64,000 nt of DNA, from contig DASVCV010000001.1 in the NCBI GenBank assembly GCA_036381415.1, positions 1,411 through 65,410 of the forward strand. The letters are read 5' to 3'. The notes under the pieces were generated by a model that saw only the letters and a program-made list of their open reading frames with translations, was not told where the DNA came from and made no database searches. Positions 9,582 through 19,389 of this stretch are shown piece after piece (within the stretch, counting starts at the first letter, position 1; every line of letters begins with the position of its first letter). A program made the translations under genes and the position numbers. Source of the DNA: Patescibacteria group bacterium (GTDB lineage: Bacteria > Patescibacteriota > Microgenomatia > UBA8517).

Positions 9582-10148
9582 ATGGATCCAGAGCTTGCCC
9601 AGAGAGCAATTACCGCTGCGTTAAACGGAGATTGGCACCAGGCCGTTAAGGTAAATACCCAAATTCTTCAAATAGAACCTGACAATATTGATGCCTTAAA
9701 TAGAATTGCCAGGGCTTACTGTGAAATTGGAAACGTTGAAAAGGCAAAAAGAACCTCGAAAAAAGTTTTAAAGATAGATCCTTTTAACGGAATTGCCTGC
9801 AAGTGCCTTAAAAAGTGGGAAAGAGTTAATGTGACAAATGGAAGCTCAAGCAAAACTGGTCCCCTTGCCTTTTTAGAAGAACCTGGGAAGACTAAAATTG
9901 TAAAGCTAATTAATTTAGGAGATTCAAAGATCATTGCTAATCTGGACTGCGGTGATGAAGTAAGGCTTATTCCCCACTCCCATAGCGTATCTGTCACAAC
10001 AATGGAGGGAAAACATGTTGGTAAAATTCCTGATGATTTGGCTATGAGATTAATTAATTTAATGAGAAATGGTGGAACATACCAAACTCTCATAAAGGTG
10101 GCAGAACCAGAAGGTGTAAAGATATTTATCAGAGGAATTTTTCTTTAA
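9582..10148 (+). CDS. TPR-repeat protein, hypothetical
   Basis: N-terminal TPR-like helical repeats (DALNRIARAYCEIGNVEKAKRTSKKVLKIDP). Confidence 0.55.
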   Translation: MDPELAQRAITAALNGDWHQAVKVNTQILQIEPDNIDALNRIARAYCEIGNVEKAKRTSKKVLKIDPFNGIACKCLKKWERVNVTNGSSSKTGPLAFLEEPGKTKIVKLINLGDSKIIANLDCGDEVRLIPHSHSVSVTTMEGKHVGKIPDDLAMRLINLMRNGGTYQTLIKVAEPEGVKIFIRGIFL

Positions 10149-10153
10149 AGAAT

Positions 10154-11068
10154 TTAAAATCTCTTTTTAAAGTTTTGTCCGAGAGTGATTTCTGCTTCCA
10201 CATTGCTATTTAGTTTCTTGGCCTCAACTTTACATTTAAAAAGGTTAGCAAGCTTTCCAACAATTGGATCATTTCCTGCCACAATGCAATCAATCGGCAG
10301 AGCATCCTCTTTTTCTATTGAAGATATTTTTGCACCCAAAACCTCAATTATTTCTCCAACACGTCCTGAAACAAAATCACTTTGCATTTTATCTACAATT
10401 ACAACATTGACTCCCCTTTTTGAAATTAAAGCATCTGTAAAAACAGAAGAGACTTTAACTGGAATATTTAGAGAGATTTCATAACCATTAGTGCCATCAG
10501 GAAGCTTTGCTCCAACTATATAGCCGGTGTTTGCTAAATTAATATCAACTCTGGAGGCTGATTTAATTCCAAATGAAAAGAGCGCTATTGCTATTTTATC
10601 TTTTAAGTGAAGATTGGTAGAGGTCTGGCGAAAAAGAGAGAAAAAGGAAAGACTGTCCATACTTTCATCTCCCCAGGCTTCAACTGGAAATTTAAAGGAT
10701 TTTGTAATTGAGGAAGCTAAGAAACTTCCTCCATCTAATTTTTCATTTATTCCTAATTTTTGAATACTCCCCAGCTTCCAGGTTCCAAGGTCGCGGGAGG
10801 CGGATACTTGGGTTGTTGCTGGAATATTAATGGTTGTGATTGAAGAGGAAGATGGATCAAGAGTTACTACTTCTACATCTCCATTTTTCTTTTGAAGAGC
10901 AATGCTAAGCCTTGATTTAGCATCCCATATGTGAGGACCAAAAAGAATGTAAATAATGGCAACTATTAAAAGAACTATTAGGGCAAGGAGAATCCAACGG
11001 CCAAAATTTTTCTTTTTGGGAGGATTTTTTTTAGCAGCGAGGCGTGACGGGCGGGCAGGATATTTCAT
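10154..11068 (-). CDS. membrane-anchored extracytoplasmic protein, hypothetical (possibly LytR/CpsA/Psr-like)
   Basis: Basic N-terminal tail, single TM, then about 260-aa extracellular domain. No firm family motif. Confidence 0.35.
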   Translation of the reverse strand: MKYPARPSRLAAKKNPPKKKNFGRWILLALIVLLIVAIIYILFGPHIWDAKSRLSIALQKKNGDVEVVTLDPSSSSITTINIPATTQVSASRDLGTWKLGSIQKLGINEKLDGGSFLASSITKSFKFPVEAWGDESMDSLSFFSLFRQTSTNLHLKDKIAIALFSFGIKSASRVDINLANTGYIVGAKLPDGTNGYEISLNIPVKVSSVFTDALISKRGVNVVIVDKMQSDFVSGRVGEIIEVLGAKISSIEKEDALPIDCIVAGNDPIVGKLANLFKCKVEAKKLNSNVEAEITLGQNFKKRF

Positions 11069-11074
11069 ATGTTT

Positions 11075-12751
11075 TTATGTAGCTCTTGAGTGGGAAAGTC
11101 TAATACCTTTAATTGAAGTAGCTATTTCCTCACTTGTTTTACCAGATGCTCTTAATATTTCTCTAATCATGGCAAGTGCTCCTTCAAACTCTGGCTGAAC
11201 TACCTTTTCTACTTTCAGCTGTATCAGCTTTTTAACATCTTCATCAAGATGAGCTCTGGCAATTATTTTTAGGCTTGGAACTACTGTCTGACAATATGAG
11301 ATTATTTCATTTTGAGCAATTCTATCTGGAAGACTAACAATTAAAGCTTTTGCGTTTTTAATTCCTGCAGCTTCTAGAACCTCTTTTTCACCTGGGTCTC
11401 CATATATGGCATTTACTCCATTTTTTCTTGCTTCGTGAACTACTTTTTGACTGTAGTCAATAACAACATATGGAATATTCAAATCCTCTAAGGTCTTTCC
11501 TACCCAGTGACCCATTCTTCCATAACCACAAATGACAACATGATTTGTATATGAAATTTCTTTTCCAATATTAACTACCCCGCCTGAAAAAAGAGGAACT
11601 CTTTTTAACTTTCTCCAAATTTTTGTTTTTAACCTAAAAAATATTGGAGAAACTACTAAAGTTACAACCGCTGTTGCAATTCCAATTGAGACTTCCCTAT
11701 CAGTTAATACATGAAGAGTTTTACCTATAAGGTAAAGAACAAAGGCAAACTCCCCTACTTGAGAAATTCCAATTGCAAAAGATATAGCTGTTTTTCCACG
11801 GTATCCAAAAACAACTGAAATCAAAAATCCAGTTACTAATTTAAGTAGTATTACAAATGCAGACAAAAGAAGGATTATGCCTATGTTTGCAATTAAAAAT
11901 GAGGGTACAACTAAAAATCCTAATGTCACAAAAAATAAGATTGAGAAGAGATCCCGCAATGGCCTGGTTTCTGCAAAAATGGCATGGGATTCTTGGGTTC
12001 CTGAAATGACAAGACCGGCAAGGAATGCTCCAATTGCTGCTGAAACTCCAAAAACAGAGACAATTGAGGCAATCCCCAATGCTACAACAACTGAACCTAA
12101 TATCAAAAGCTCCCTACTATCAATATCAGCTACAAAAGAAGTGATATATGGAGCAAAGAGCTTCCCTATTATCAAAACTACCGAAAGAATAACTCCAACA
12201 ATTAAAAGAGACTTAAGAGAAGCACTTGCCCAGTCTCCACCTGCTCCTGAAATAGCTGGCAAAATGACAACTAGGGGCACTACAGCCAAATCCTGAATAA
12301 GACATCCACCAATTAGAATTTCTCCATGAAGAGTGGACAATTCTCCAGCATCATTTAACATTTTAACAACAAGGGCAGTTGAGGAAAGTGCAAAGCCTGA
12401 AGAAAGAAAAATGCTTCCTAATGTACTTATTCCTAACAGGAAATGAAGGAAGGCAAAGGAAATAACGGTTATTAAAAGCATTTGTATAACCTGACCAATG
12501 GTTGCAACACTTCCCACACGAGCTAGCTTTGTAAAAGAGGTTTCAAGCCCAACTGAGAAAAGAAGAAGAACTAGGCCAATTTCAGAAAGAGAGACTATGC
12601 TTTCTGAGTGGACTGGAAGAAACGTACTTCCTATTATTCCTGCCAAGATCACTCCAACCAGAGGCGGCAGTTTAACGAGACGCGCCAGAAACCCGCCAAT
12701 CAAGGCTGCTGCAAGTACTAAAAATAATCCTGTAACTATACTTTCTCCCAC
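11075..12751 (-). CDS. Kef-type K+/H+ antiporter (CPA2 family) with C-terminal RCK/TrkA-N domain
   Basis: Twelve-TM exchanger core plus VICGYGRMGHWVGK Rossmann-type RCK motif. Confidence 0.8.
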   Translation of the reverse strand: MGESIVTGLFLVLAAALIGGFLARLVKLPPLVGVILAGIIGSTFLPVHSESIVSLSEIGLVLLLFSVGLETSFTKLARVGSVATIGQVIQMLLITVISFAFLHFLLGISTLGSIFLSSGFALSSTALVVKMLNDAGELSTLHGEILIGGCLIQDLAVVPLVVILPAISGAGGDWASASLKSLLIVGVILSVVLIIGKLFAPYITSFVADIDSRELLILGSVVVALGIASIVSVFGVSAAIGAFLAGLVISGTQESHAIFAETRPLRDLFSILFFVTLGFLVVPSFLIANIGIILLLSAFVILLKLVTGFLISVVFGYRGKTAISFAIGISQVGEFAFVLYLIGKTLHVLTDREVSIGIATAVVTLVVSPIFFRLKTKIWRKLKRVPLFSGGVVNIGKEISYTNHVVICGYGRMGHWVGKTLEDLNIPYVVIDYSQKVVHEARKNGVNAIYGDPGEKEVLEAAGIKNAKALIVSLPDRIAQNEIISYCQTVVPSLKIIARAHLDEDVKKLIQLKVEKVVQPEFEGALAMIREILRASGKTSEEIATSIKGIRLSHSRAT

Positions 12752-12766
12752 TAGAATCAGTCTAGA

Positions 12767-13456
12767 TCAATCGTGAAAAGAGTTCAATGCAGATTTTAAA
12801 TCTGAAGGAAGATCTGACTTAAAATTCAGGTTTAATATAGAAAGATTAGAGGCGTGTAAGAATAACCTTGGGCACCATTTCCTATCTTGCCTATTTGTTT
12901 TTCTGCCTGAATAAAGGGGGTCTGAAACTATTGGATGACCAATATGTTTGAGGTGAACTCTAATTTGATGAGTCCTTCCTGTTTTGGGATACAGTTCGAG
13001 CAATGTATAGTCTTTACCTTCTTTTGAATAATAATCTAGCACTTTGTAATCAGTTTGGGCCTCTCTTCCTCCCTCCCATACTCCAAACTTTGTTCTTTTC
13101 CAAGGAAGACGGCCAATTTTCTCATTAATGGTTCCAGTTTTAGGTTCCACTTTCCCATGAGCTAAGGCAGTGTATGTTTTTTGAACCTTCCTTTGGGCAA
13201 ATTCAAATTGGAGTTTTTCAAAAGTTTGTATATTTTTTGCAACTAAAAGAACACCGCTCGTTTCTTTATCTAGTCTATGGACAATGCCTGATCTGACTTC
13301 TTTTTCTTTAGCAATTTGATAGTCAAAGTTTTGGGAAAGCCAATCCTGAAGAACAGGGTTTGTTGAAGTGTTTGTTGATTCATTTACAATCCAGCCTGCT
13401 GGCTTATCTATTACAAGAATATTTTCATCCTGGAAGATTATTTTGGGAGAATCCAC
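12767..13456 (-). CDS. RluA-family pseudouridine synthase
   Basis: HRLDKETSGVLLVAKN catalytic motif. Confidence 0.85.
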   Translation of the reverse strand: MDSPKIIFQDENILVIDKPAGWIVNESTNTSTNPVLQDWLSQNFDYQIAKEKEVRSGIVHRLDKETSGVLLVAKNIQTFEKLQFEFAQRKVQKTYTALAHGKVEPKTGTINEKIGRLPWKRTKFGVWEGGREAQTDYKVLDYYSKEGKDYTLLELYPKTGRTHQIRVHLKHIGHPIVSDPLYSGRKTNRQDRKWCPRLFLHASNLSILNLNFKSDLPSDLKSALNSFHD

Positions 13457-13462
13457 TTTGTC

Positions 13463-13882
13463 TTATTTCTTTCTTTCACAATCAACACACCTTGTTGCTT
13501 CTGGATAAATAATAAGTCTGTCTGTGTCAATCATTTTTCCACAGTTTTCGCAGATTGCGTACTTGCCTATTTTTACTCTTGTTAGGGCTTTTCTTGTTTG
13601 AATTATTCTTCTTTCTATCTGATCTTTGGCAGCTGAAGTCAAGGCATGGCCAAACTGTTCTTCTGCTTCTGTGTCAGGGGCTGCATTATCAGATACTCTT
13701 GCCTCAGAGGAAAAAGGATCTGATTCTTCTATTTCTTTTTTATTTTTTTCCAGTTTTTTAAGTCTATCTGAAAGGAAAGTTCTAACAGGAGCAAGAACTG
13801 ATGCAGGAAAATGAATCTCCTCCACTCCGTCCTTTTTGGGAAGATTTACTTTTGTTTTTTGTTTTGATTTAGCTTTAGTCAT
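13463..13882 (-). CDS. DksA/TraR-family C4 zinc-finger protein
   Basis: C-terminal CENCGKMID...CVDCERKK four-Cys finger after a coiled-coil region. Confidence 0.65.
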   Translation of the reverse strand: MTKAKSKQKTKVNLPKKDGVEEIHFPASVLAPVRTFLSDRLKKLEKNKKEIEESDPFSSEARVSDNAAPDTEAEEQFGHALTSAAKDQIERRIIQTRKALTRVKIGKYAICENCGKMIDTDRLIIYPEATRCVDCERKK

Positions 13883-14519
13883 TTAGTCCCCCCAAATTAT
13901 ACACGCTTAGGAAAAAAAGAAAAGAAAGAACAGATGAAATAAGCGCATCGATTTTTCCAATAAAGGATAGCATAGTGGGATCTATTATGGCAATTGCAGC
14001 ACGGACTAAGAAGAAAACTGCAAGAAGAGTAAGGCCCGAAAACCCAACCTTGCCTGATTTGTACCAGGTAAACCTTTTGTACCTTTTATCTAGAAAGAAA
14101 AACATAAAAATCAAGGCAGCTACAACTACTCCATATAAAATAGCTGGAATAAGCTTAAATATTAATGCTGATGAAATTAATAGGACTACAAACCAAAAGG
14201 ATAATCCAAGACTAGCTGCTTCCACTCCTTCAAAAAACCTCATCTTAAGCCTTAATAAGGAAACAGCTAAAACTATAGAGGCCGAGACTAAGGCTAGCCA
14301 AAACCAAAGTCCTTTTGGATCAAAAAAGTAAACTTTTGTGATATTTGGAATTATAAATAGGGCTGATACTAAAAAACTAACTAATATTGCCCCTATTACA
14401 AAGAATCCAAGTGAAAAAATTTTACTTGAAGGATAGTCTTCTTTGAGCCTTCTCCAGAGAAAAAAGAGAAAAATTAGACCTCCGAAAACGTTTGCTAAGA
14501 CCAAAAGAGCCGTTGACAT
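13875..14519 (-). CDS. integral membrane protein, hypothetical
   Basis: Multiple TM helices. No motif recognised. Confidence 0.4.
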   Translation of the reverse strand: MSTALLVLANVFGGLIFLFFLWRRLKEDYPSSKIFSLGFFVIGAILVSFLVSALFIIPNITKVYFFDPKGLWFWLALVSASIVLAVSLLRLKMRFFEGVEAASLGLSFWFVVLLISSALIFKLIPAILYGVVVAALIFMFFFLDKRYKRFTWYKSGKVGFSGLTLLAVFFLVRAAIAIIDPTMLSFIGKIDALISSVLSFLFFLSVYNLGGLND

Positions 14520-14566
14520 AAATAGGTTTGTGAGTATATCATACTACATTAGAAGCTTGTCCTGAA

Positions 14567-15028
14567 ATGCTAGAAACACCTCATGTCGTCGTAGGAGCTG
14601 CGATTGCCGCAAAAGTTGGTAATCCATTTTTAGCAATCCCCTTAGCATTTGGAAGCCATTTTCTTTTAGATAAAGTACCACATTGGAATCCTCATTTAAA
14701 CACAGAAATTAAAAAATACGGACATGTTACAAAGCAAAGCAAAGAACTTGTAATTGCAGATGTTGCTCTTTCAGTACTTGCTGGAGGACTTATTTCCTGG
14801 CATGCAATGCCAGATGTAAATCAGGCTTTTGTAATACTTTTGGGAGGGTTTGCAGGTGTGCTTCCTGATGTGATAGAAGGACCTTACTTTTTCTTAAAAA
14901 TGAAAAGTAAATTTATACTGAGGTGGATTAAATTCCAGAAATCAATTCAGGTGGATACCACACCTTTGCCTGGACTTCTTACACAGGCTGTTACTGTTGC
15001 AGCTGCATTTGCTTGGGTTTTAAGATAA
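14567..15028 (+). CDS. membrane-bound metal-dependent hydrolase-like protein (YdjM/DUF457-like)
   Basis: HVVVGAAI...FGSHFLLDKVPH pattern and TM helices. Confidence 0.4.
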   Translation: MLETPHVVVGAAIAAKVGNPFLAIPLAFGSHFLLDKVPHWNPHLNTEIKKYGHVTKQSKELVIADVALSVLAGGLISWHAMPDVNQAFVILLGGFAGVLPDVIEGPYFFLKMKSKFILRWIKFQKSIQVDTTPLPGLLTQAVTVAAAFAWVLR

Positions 15029-15049
15029 AACTTCAGAAGAAAAAAGAAG

Positions 15050-15610
15050 TTATTTAGCTCTTTCTATATATTCACCAGTTCTTGTATCTACCCTAACCTT
15101 TTCCCCTGCTTTTATAAAAAGTGGAACTTTAACATTTAGACCATTTTCCAGAGTTGCAGACTTATAGATATTGCTTGCTGAGTTGCCTTTAACTCCTGGA
15201 TCAGTGTCTACTACCTCTAGGACTATTTTTGGAGGAAGATCAATTGATAAAGCCTTCTCTTCCCAATAAAGAACATCGGCTTCACTTCCCTCTTTAATGT
15301 AGGCAATATCATCTCCAATTACACTTAGTGGAATTTCTACCTGTTCAAAACTTTCAGGATTCATAAAAACTGCGTTTTGGGCATCTTTATATAAATATTG
15401 GAGGCGCCTTTTTTGTGTAGAAAAATCTTCTACTTTTACATTGGATGAAAGAGAAAGAGGCTCAGTTGCACCATTTTCTAAATTACGGGCTAAAAGCTTT
15501 ACTGTAGCCCCACCTCTTCCCATTTTAATTAGAGAGTATTTAACAACCTTATATGGCTTATTGTTTCTTAAGAAAGTGACACCATTTTTGAGCTCTGTTG
15601 AATTAAGCAT
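15050..15610 (-). CDS. efp: elongation factor P
   Basis: KMGRGGATVK loop region and three-domain EF-P length and layout. Confidence 0.9.
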   Translation of the reverse strand: MLNSTELKNGVTFLRNNKPYKVVKYSLIKMGRGGATVKLLARNLENGATEPLSLSSNVKVEDFSTQKRRLQYLYKDAQNAVFMNPESFEQVEIPLSVIGDDIAYIKEGSEADVLYWEEKALSIDLPPKIVLEVVDTDPGVKGNSASNIYKSATLENGLNVKVPLFIKAGEKVRVDTRTGEYIERAK

Positions 15611-15667
15611 GAATGTATTTTACCCTATTTTGAGCCTAGATCTCAACATGGTAAAATATATTTGTTG

Positions 15668-15751
15668 GCCGGGGTGCTGAAATGGTATACAGAATAGTCT
15701 CAAAAACTATTGAGGCCTCGCCTCGTGAGGGTTCGAGTCCCTCTCCCGGCA
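15668..15751 (+). tRNA. tRNA-Leu (anticodon CAA), class II with long variable arm
   Basis: Acceptor stem GCCGGGG/UCCCGGC. D-arm with GG. Anticodon stem ATAGT/ACTAT, loop CTCAAAA. Variable-arm hairpin GAGGC-CTC-GCCTC. T-arm GAGGG TTCGAGT CCCTC. Discriminator A. No encoded CCA. Confidence 0.85.
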
Positions 15752-15754
15752 CAA

Positions 15755-16438
15755 ATGCCTGCTCATAGAATTACTAATAAGATAAGGTGGTCTTCAGACG
15801 TCGCATATGCCGTAGGGCTGATAACTACTGATGGAAATTTATCTTCTGATGGAAGGCACATTATTTTGACTTCTACTGATAAACAATTGCTCAAGACTTT
15901 TGCATATTGTCTTAATAAGAAAAACAAAATAAGCATCAATCCGCCTAGTAGCATAGGAAGAAAAATTGCTTATCATATCCAAATTGGTGATACTACTCTG
16001 TATGAATGGCTGCAGAAATTAGGTATAACTCAAAGAAAATCACTAACAATTGGGGAGCTCCAGATTCCCAAAAAATTCTTAAGAGATTTTGTTCGAGGTC
16101 ATTTAGATGGTGATGGCAGTATTGTGCATTACATAGATAAATACAACACCTATCTAAATTCCAGATATGTATACGACAGACTATTTGTTTTTCTCATGTC
16201 TTGTAGCAAAAACCATATTGAGTGGCTTAGAGAAAAAATTCAAGAGGACCAGGGATTACATGGCAGTTTTCTTATTCAAAGATCTAAGTACCAGCTAGGC
16301 AAATCTTTTAGCTACAGAATAAAATTCAGCACAAAAGAAGCGAAAAAACTTTTGAATTGGATTTATTACAGAAATAATCTACCTAAACTTGAGAGAAAGT
16401 TTAAAATTGCACAACCATTTTTGAGGGTATCTAACTGA
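15755..16438 (+). CDS. double-motif LAGLIDADG homing endonuclease, free-standing, 4 nt downstream of tRNA-Leu
   Basis: Two LAGLIDADG motifs: AYAVGLITTDGNL and VRGHLDGDGSI. The ORF track starts earlier at 15710, inside the tRNA; the first ATG is at 15755. Confidence 0.8.
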   Translation: MPAHRITNKIRWSSDVAYAVGLITTDGNLSSDGRHIILTSTDKQLLKTFAYCLNKKNKISINPPSSIGRKIAYHIQIGDTTLYEWLQKLGITQRKSLTIGELQIPKKFLRDFVRGHLDGDGSIVHYIDKYNTYLNSRYVYDRLFVFLMSCSKNHIEWLREKIQEDQGLHGSFLIQRSKYQLGKSFSYRIKFSTKEAKKLLNWIYYRNNLPKLERKFKIAQPFLRVSN

Positions 16439-16822
16439 TTAGGAAACTTTAGGTTTTAGAAATTTTGGAATTAAATTAGAAGGAACTGTGTCTGCAAAAA
16501 GAGCAAGACTTGCTGCAAAAAGACCCACATCTCTAATTGTTACTTGGTTTATCCCTGAAACTATTAAAACTGTTGCTATATGGAAAAGAGCTGCTAAGCT
16601 TGCTATCCAGGTAAACATATCTATAAGAAGAAGCACTCCAACTGCAATATCAAAAAACGCAGTTACAATCATGACTTCTATTAAAGGAACTGGGATTAAA
16701 TTTGCTGCCCAGGGCTGAATGTATCCGCTCCATCCTGCTGGATCTTTTAAGATTAATACTCCAATCCACAAGAAAGTAATTGCAATTCCAACTCTTAAAA
16801 TATGAAATCCAGATTTTCTCAT
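16439..16822 (-). CDS. DoxX-like small membrane protein
   Basis: Four-TM small protein with a DoxX-like pattern. Start chosen at MRKSG, giving a 4-bp overlap with the upstream VKOR-like gene. Confidence 0.35.
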   Translation of the reverse strand: MRKSGFHILRVGIAITFLWIGVLILKDPAGWSGYIQPWAANLIPVPLIEVMIVTAFFDIAVGVLLLIDMFTWIASLAALFHIATVLIVSGINQVTIRDVGLFAASLALFADTVPSNLIPKFLKPKVS

Positions 16823-17241
16823 ATCATGAAACCACTTAATATTACAATAATGGTCATTACAAAAACAGTAAGAGCACTCATTAAACACCAGAAGCACCAT
16901 TTTTTAATAACAAAAGCTTGAAGGAAAGTAAAGTAAATTGACATGACTGCACCGCTAATAATTATCAGCACATCTACTGTTTTTAAAATAGAAATTGGAA
17001 ATGCTTCTATTAAGATTAGGGCACTCAAGGTGCAGACAAAGATGTAAAAGATTAAGCCTAAAATATCATTGTGAACTCCTAAAATTTTGTTGTATTTGCT
17101 CTCCAAAACATCATGGCAGCCTGAACCTATAAAGCAAACGGGTATTTCTTCTGCCTTTCTTTTTTTAATTAGATAGACTGTTTCTGAAATTCCAATTGCT
17201 GAAAGAGTAAAAAGAAGTGCCAAGGGAGTTAGCCCAATCAT
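16819..17241 (-). CDS. VKOR (vitamin K epoxide reductase)-family membrane thiol oxidoreductase
   Basis: Loop Cys pair CFIGSGC followed by S.Y...ILGLIFY, and a CxxC (WCFWC) at the start of the last TM. Confidence 0.5.
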   Translation of the reverse strand: MIGLTPLALLFTLSAIGISETVYLIKKRKAEEIPVCFIGSGCHDVLESKYNKILGVHNDILGLIFYIFVCTLSALILIEAFPISILKTVDVLIIISGAVMSIYFTFLQAFVIKKWCFWCLMSALTVFVMTIIVILSGFMI

Positions 17242-17253
17242 ACTATAATGGTA

Positions 17254-18588
17254 CTACTTTTCCCTTTTAGTGTCGCGCCCGAAGAATTTGATTCTATCTC
17301 CATGGAATGCAAGCTTTACTTGTCCAACTGGACCATTTCTGTGTTTTGCAATATCAAGTACTACATTTATAGTTTTACTGGCATCCACTTCTTCATCTTC
17401 ACGCCACAAAAACATTACAACGTCAGCTGTTTGCTCTATACCTCCGCTTTCACGAAGATCTGCAAGCTGAGGGCGTCTTGTCCCTCTTTGCTCTACTGCA
17501 CGGGAAAGCTGTGAGAGAGCAATTATTGGAATTTTTAATTCTCTTGCCAGGTTTTTAAGTCCATCTGAAATTTCTGAAACTTCCTGTACTCTATTTTCCA
17601 GATTTCTGCTTCTTGCTAGCTGAAGATAATCAACAAAAAGAATATCAAGTCCATATTCTGATTGAAGACGACGTGCTTTGGTTCTCATTTCAAGAATTGA
17701 AAGACCAGGAGTGTCATCTATATATAAAGGAGCTTCAGCCAACTCCCCCATTGCATTTGAAAGAGCAGTAAAGTCATCTTCATTTAATTTTCCAGTTTTT
17801 AGCTTCCATGCATCAATATCAGCTTGAGCAACTAACAGTCTATCAACCAACTCCTCTTTGCTCATTTCAAGAGAGAAAAATCCGACAGGACGTTTGTGTT
17901 CGACTGCAACAGCTTGTGCAATACCCAAGGAAAAGGCGGTTTTTCCAATTCCAGGACGCGCTGCTAATATTACAAGGTTTGACTTTTGAAAACCTGCAAG
18001 AAGATTGTCCAGGTCTTTAAATCCAGAAGGAATTCCTCTTAAACCTGTATCCATTTTGTGAAGTTCATCTAGCCTGTCAAAAGAATCTGCAAGGGCTGCT
18101 TTAACTGGAGTGAAACTTTGAGATAAATGCTTTTGAGTAATTCCAAATATTTCCCCTTCTGCTTTATCTAAAAGGTCGTCAGCTCCCAACCCTTCATCTA
18201 GAGCCATATCAACTATTCTTGTTCCTGACTGCATAAGAGCTCTTTTAATAGCTAAATCCTTTACTATTTTTCCATAGTGCTCAACGTGGGCTGCAGTAGG
18301 AACTTTTTCTACAAGAGATGCAAGGTATGTAGTACCTCCTACTTTTTTGATAGATTTTCGTTTCTTTAATCTTTCAGATACTGTTAGGACATCAACTGGG
18401 ACTCTCTGCTCATATAAATCAATTATGGTGTCATAGATTTCCTTGTGGCGTTCATCATAGAAGTGAGCTGGGAGAAGGAACTCTGCAACTGCAACTATTC
18501 CATCACGGTCAAGAAGAAGTGCTCCAAGAACTGACACTTCTGCTTCTTCTGAATGTGGAGGAACTCTTAAGTTTTGATTTGCTGCCAT
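17254..18588 (-). CDS. dnaB: replicative DNA helicase DnaB
   Basis: N-terminal PPHSEEAEVSVLGALLLD, Walker A GIGKTAF, RecA-like C-terminal domain. Confidence 0.95.
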   Translation of the reverse strand: MAANQNLRVPPHSEEAEVSVLGALLLDRDGIVAVAEFLLPAHFYDERHKEIYDTIIDLYEQRVPVDVLTVSERLKKRKSIKKVGGTTYLASLVEKVPTAAHVEHYGKIVKDLAIKRALMQSGTRIVDMALDEGLGADDLLDKAEGEIFGITQKHLSQSFTPVKAALADSFDRLDELHKMDTGLRGIPSGFKDLDNLLAGFQKSNLVILAARPGIGKTAFSLGIAQAVAVEHKRPVGFFSLEMSKEELVDRLLVAQADIDAWKLKTGKLNEDDFTALSNAMGELAEAPLYIDDTPGLSILEMRTKARRLQSEYGLDILFVDYLQLARSRNLENRVQEVSEISDGLKNLARELKIPIIALSQLSRAVEQRGTRRPQLADLRESGGIEQTADVVMFLWREDEEVDASKTINVVLDIAKHRNGPVGQVKLAFHGDRIKFFGRDTKREK

Positions 18589-18615
18589 TAAACTATCCTA
18601 CTATATTGGGGCAAG

Positions 18616-19266
18616 TTAGCGCTTCTCCAGTAATACTACTTTTTGATCTTCTACCACTAAATCCCCTGCCTTAATAGATAATTTGGGAAGCTTTTCAACC
18701 TTAAGCCCAACTTCTGCCAAAAAGGCATCTGGACTTGCCAGTTTTGAAAAGGTTTCTGGATTTAATCCTGGGGTTTGGTAGTGCATGGGTATAACAATGG
18801 TTGGATTAATTTGCTTTACTATTTCAACAGCAGCTTTGGAGTCTATGGTAAATTCACCACCTACTGGAATCATTAAAACATCAACATCAGTTAATTCCTT
18901 AATTTTGTCTTCACTTAGTGAGTGCCCTAAATCTCCTAAGTGGGCTATTGTTAGCCCATCTAATTCAATTGAGTAAATTGTATTTTTCCCTCTTTCTTCA
19001 CCTTTTTTGTCATCATGAAAAGATGAAATCCCTACAATCGAAACTCCTCCTATTTCATACTCACCTGGTCCATCAACTACCCTTTTTACTCCATCCACTT
19101 GAGAATATGCATCATGGTCATCATGGTGGTGTGAAATGGTAACAACTTCAGCTTCAGTTTTAGGAAATTTCAGACCAACTTTTTTAGGATCAAAAGGGTC
19201 TGTAACTACACTCATATTTTTACCTTTAATTTTAAAAGATGAGTGACCGAGATAAATTATATCCAT
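18616..19266 (-). CDS. MBL-fold metal-dependent hydrolase (UPF0173-like)
   Basis: HHHDDHD motif. Confidence 0.75.
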   Translation of the reverse strand: MDIIYLGHSSFKIKGKNMSVVTDPFDPKKVGLKFPKTEAEVVTISHHHDDHDAYSQVDGVKRVVDGPGEYEIGGVSIVGISSFHDDKKGEERGKNTIYSIELDGLTIAHLGDLGHSLSEDKIKELTDVDVLMIPVGGEFTIDSKAAVEIVKQINPTIVIPMHYQTPGLNPETFSKLASPDAFLAEVGLKVEKLPKLSIKAGDLVVEDQKVVLLEKR

Positions 19267-19389
19267 TATTGGCCCATCCTATCATGAAGCTAAGCTAGTG
19301 ACAAGATCTTTCTTTGTTAAAGTTTGCAAAAGTTGACAAGGGTTGATATCCTTCCTCTATCAGTAAAGCCTTTTAAGGCAGAAAACAGC

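Noticed and set aside
15029-15051. AACTTC-N11-GAAGTT hairpin between the YdjM-like gene and efp as a bidirectional terminator
   Set aside because: Weak AT-rich stem, no flanking T-run, and it overlaps the efp stop codon. Not convincing.
15668-15751. tRNA-Leu interrupted by a group I intron carrying the LAGLIDADG gene
   Set aside because: The tRNA folds as a complete, uninterrupted cloverleaf with an intact CUCAAAA anticodon loop. The endonuclease ORF begins after the 3' end.
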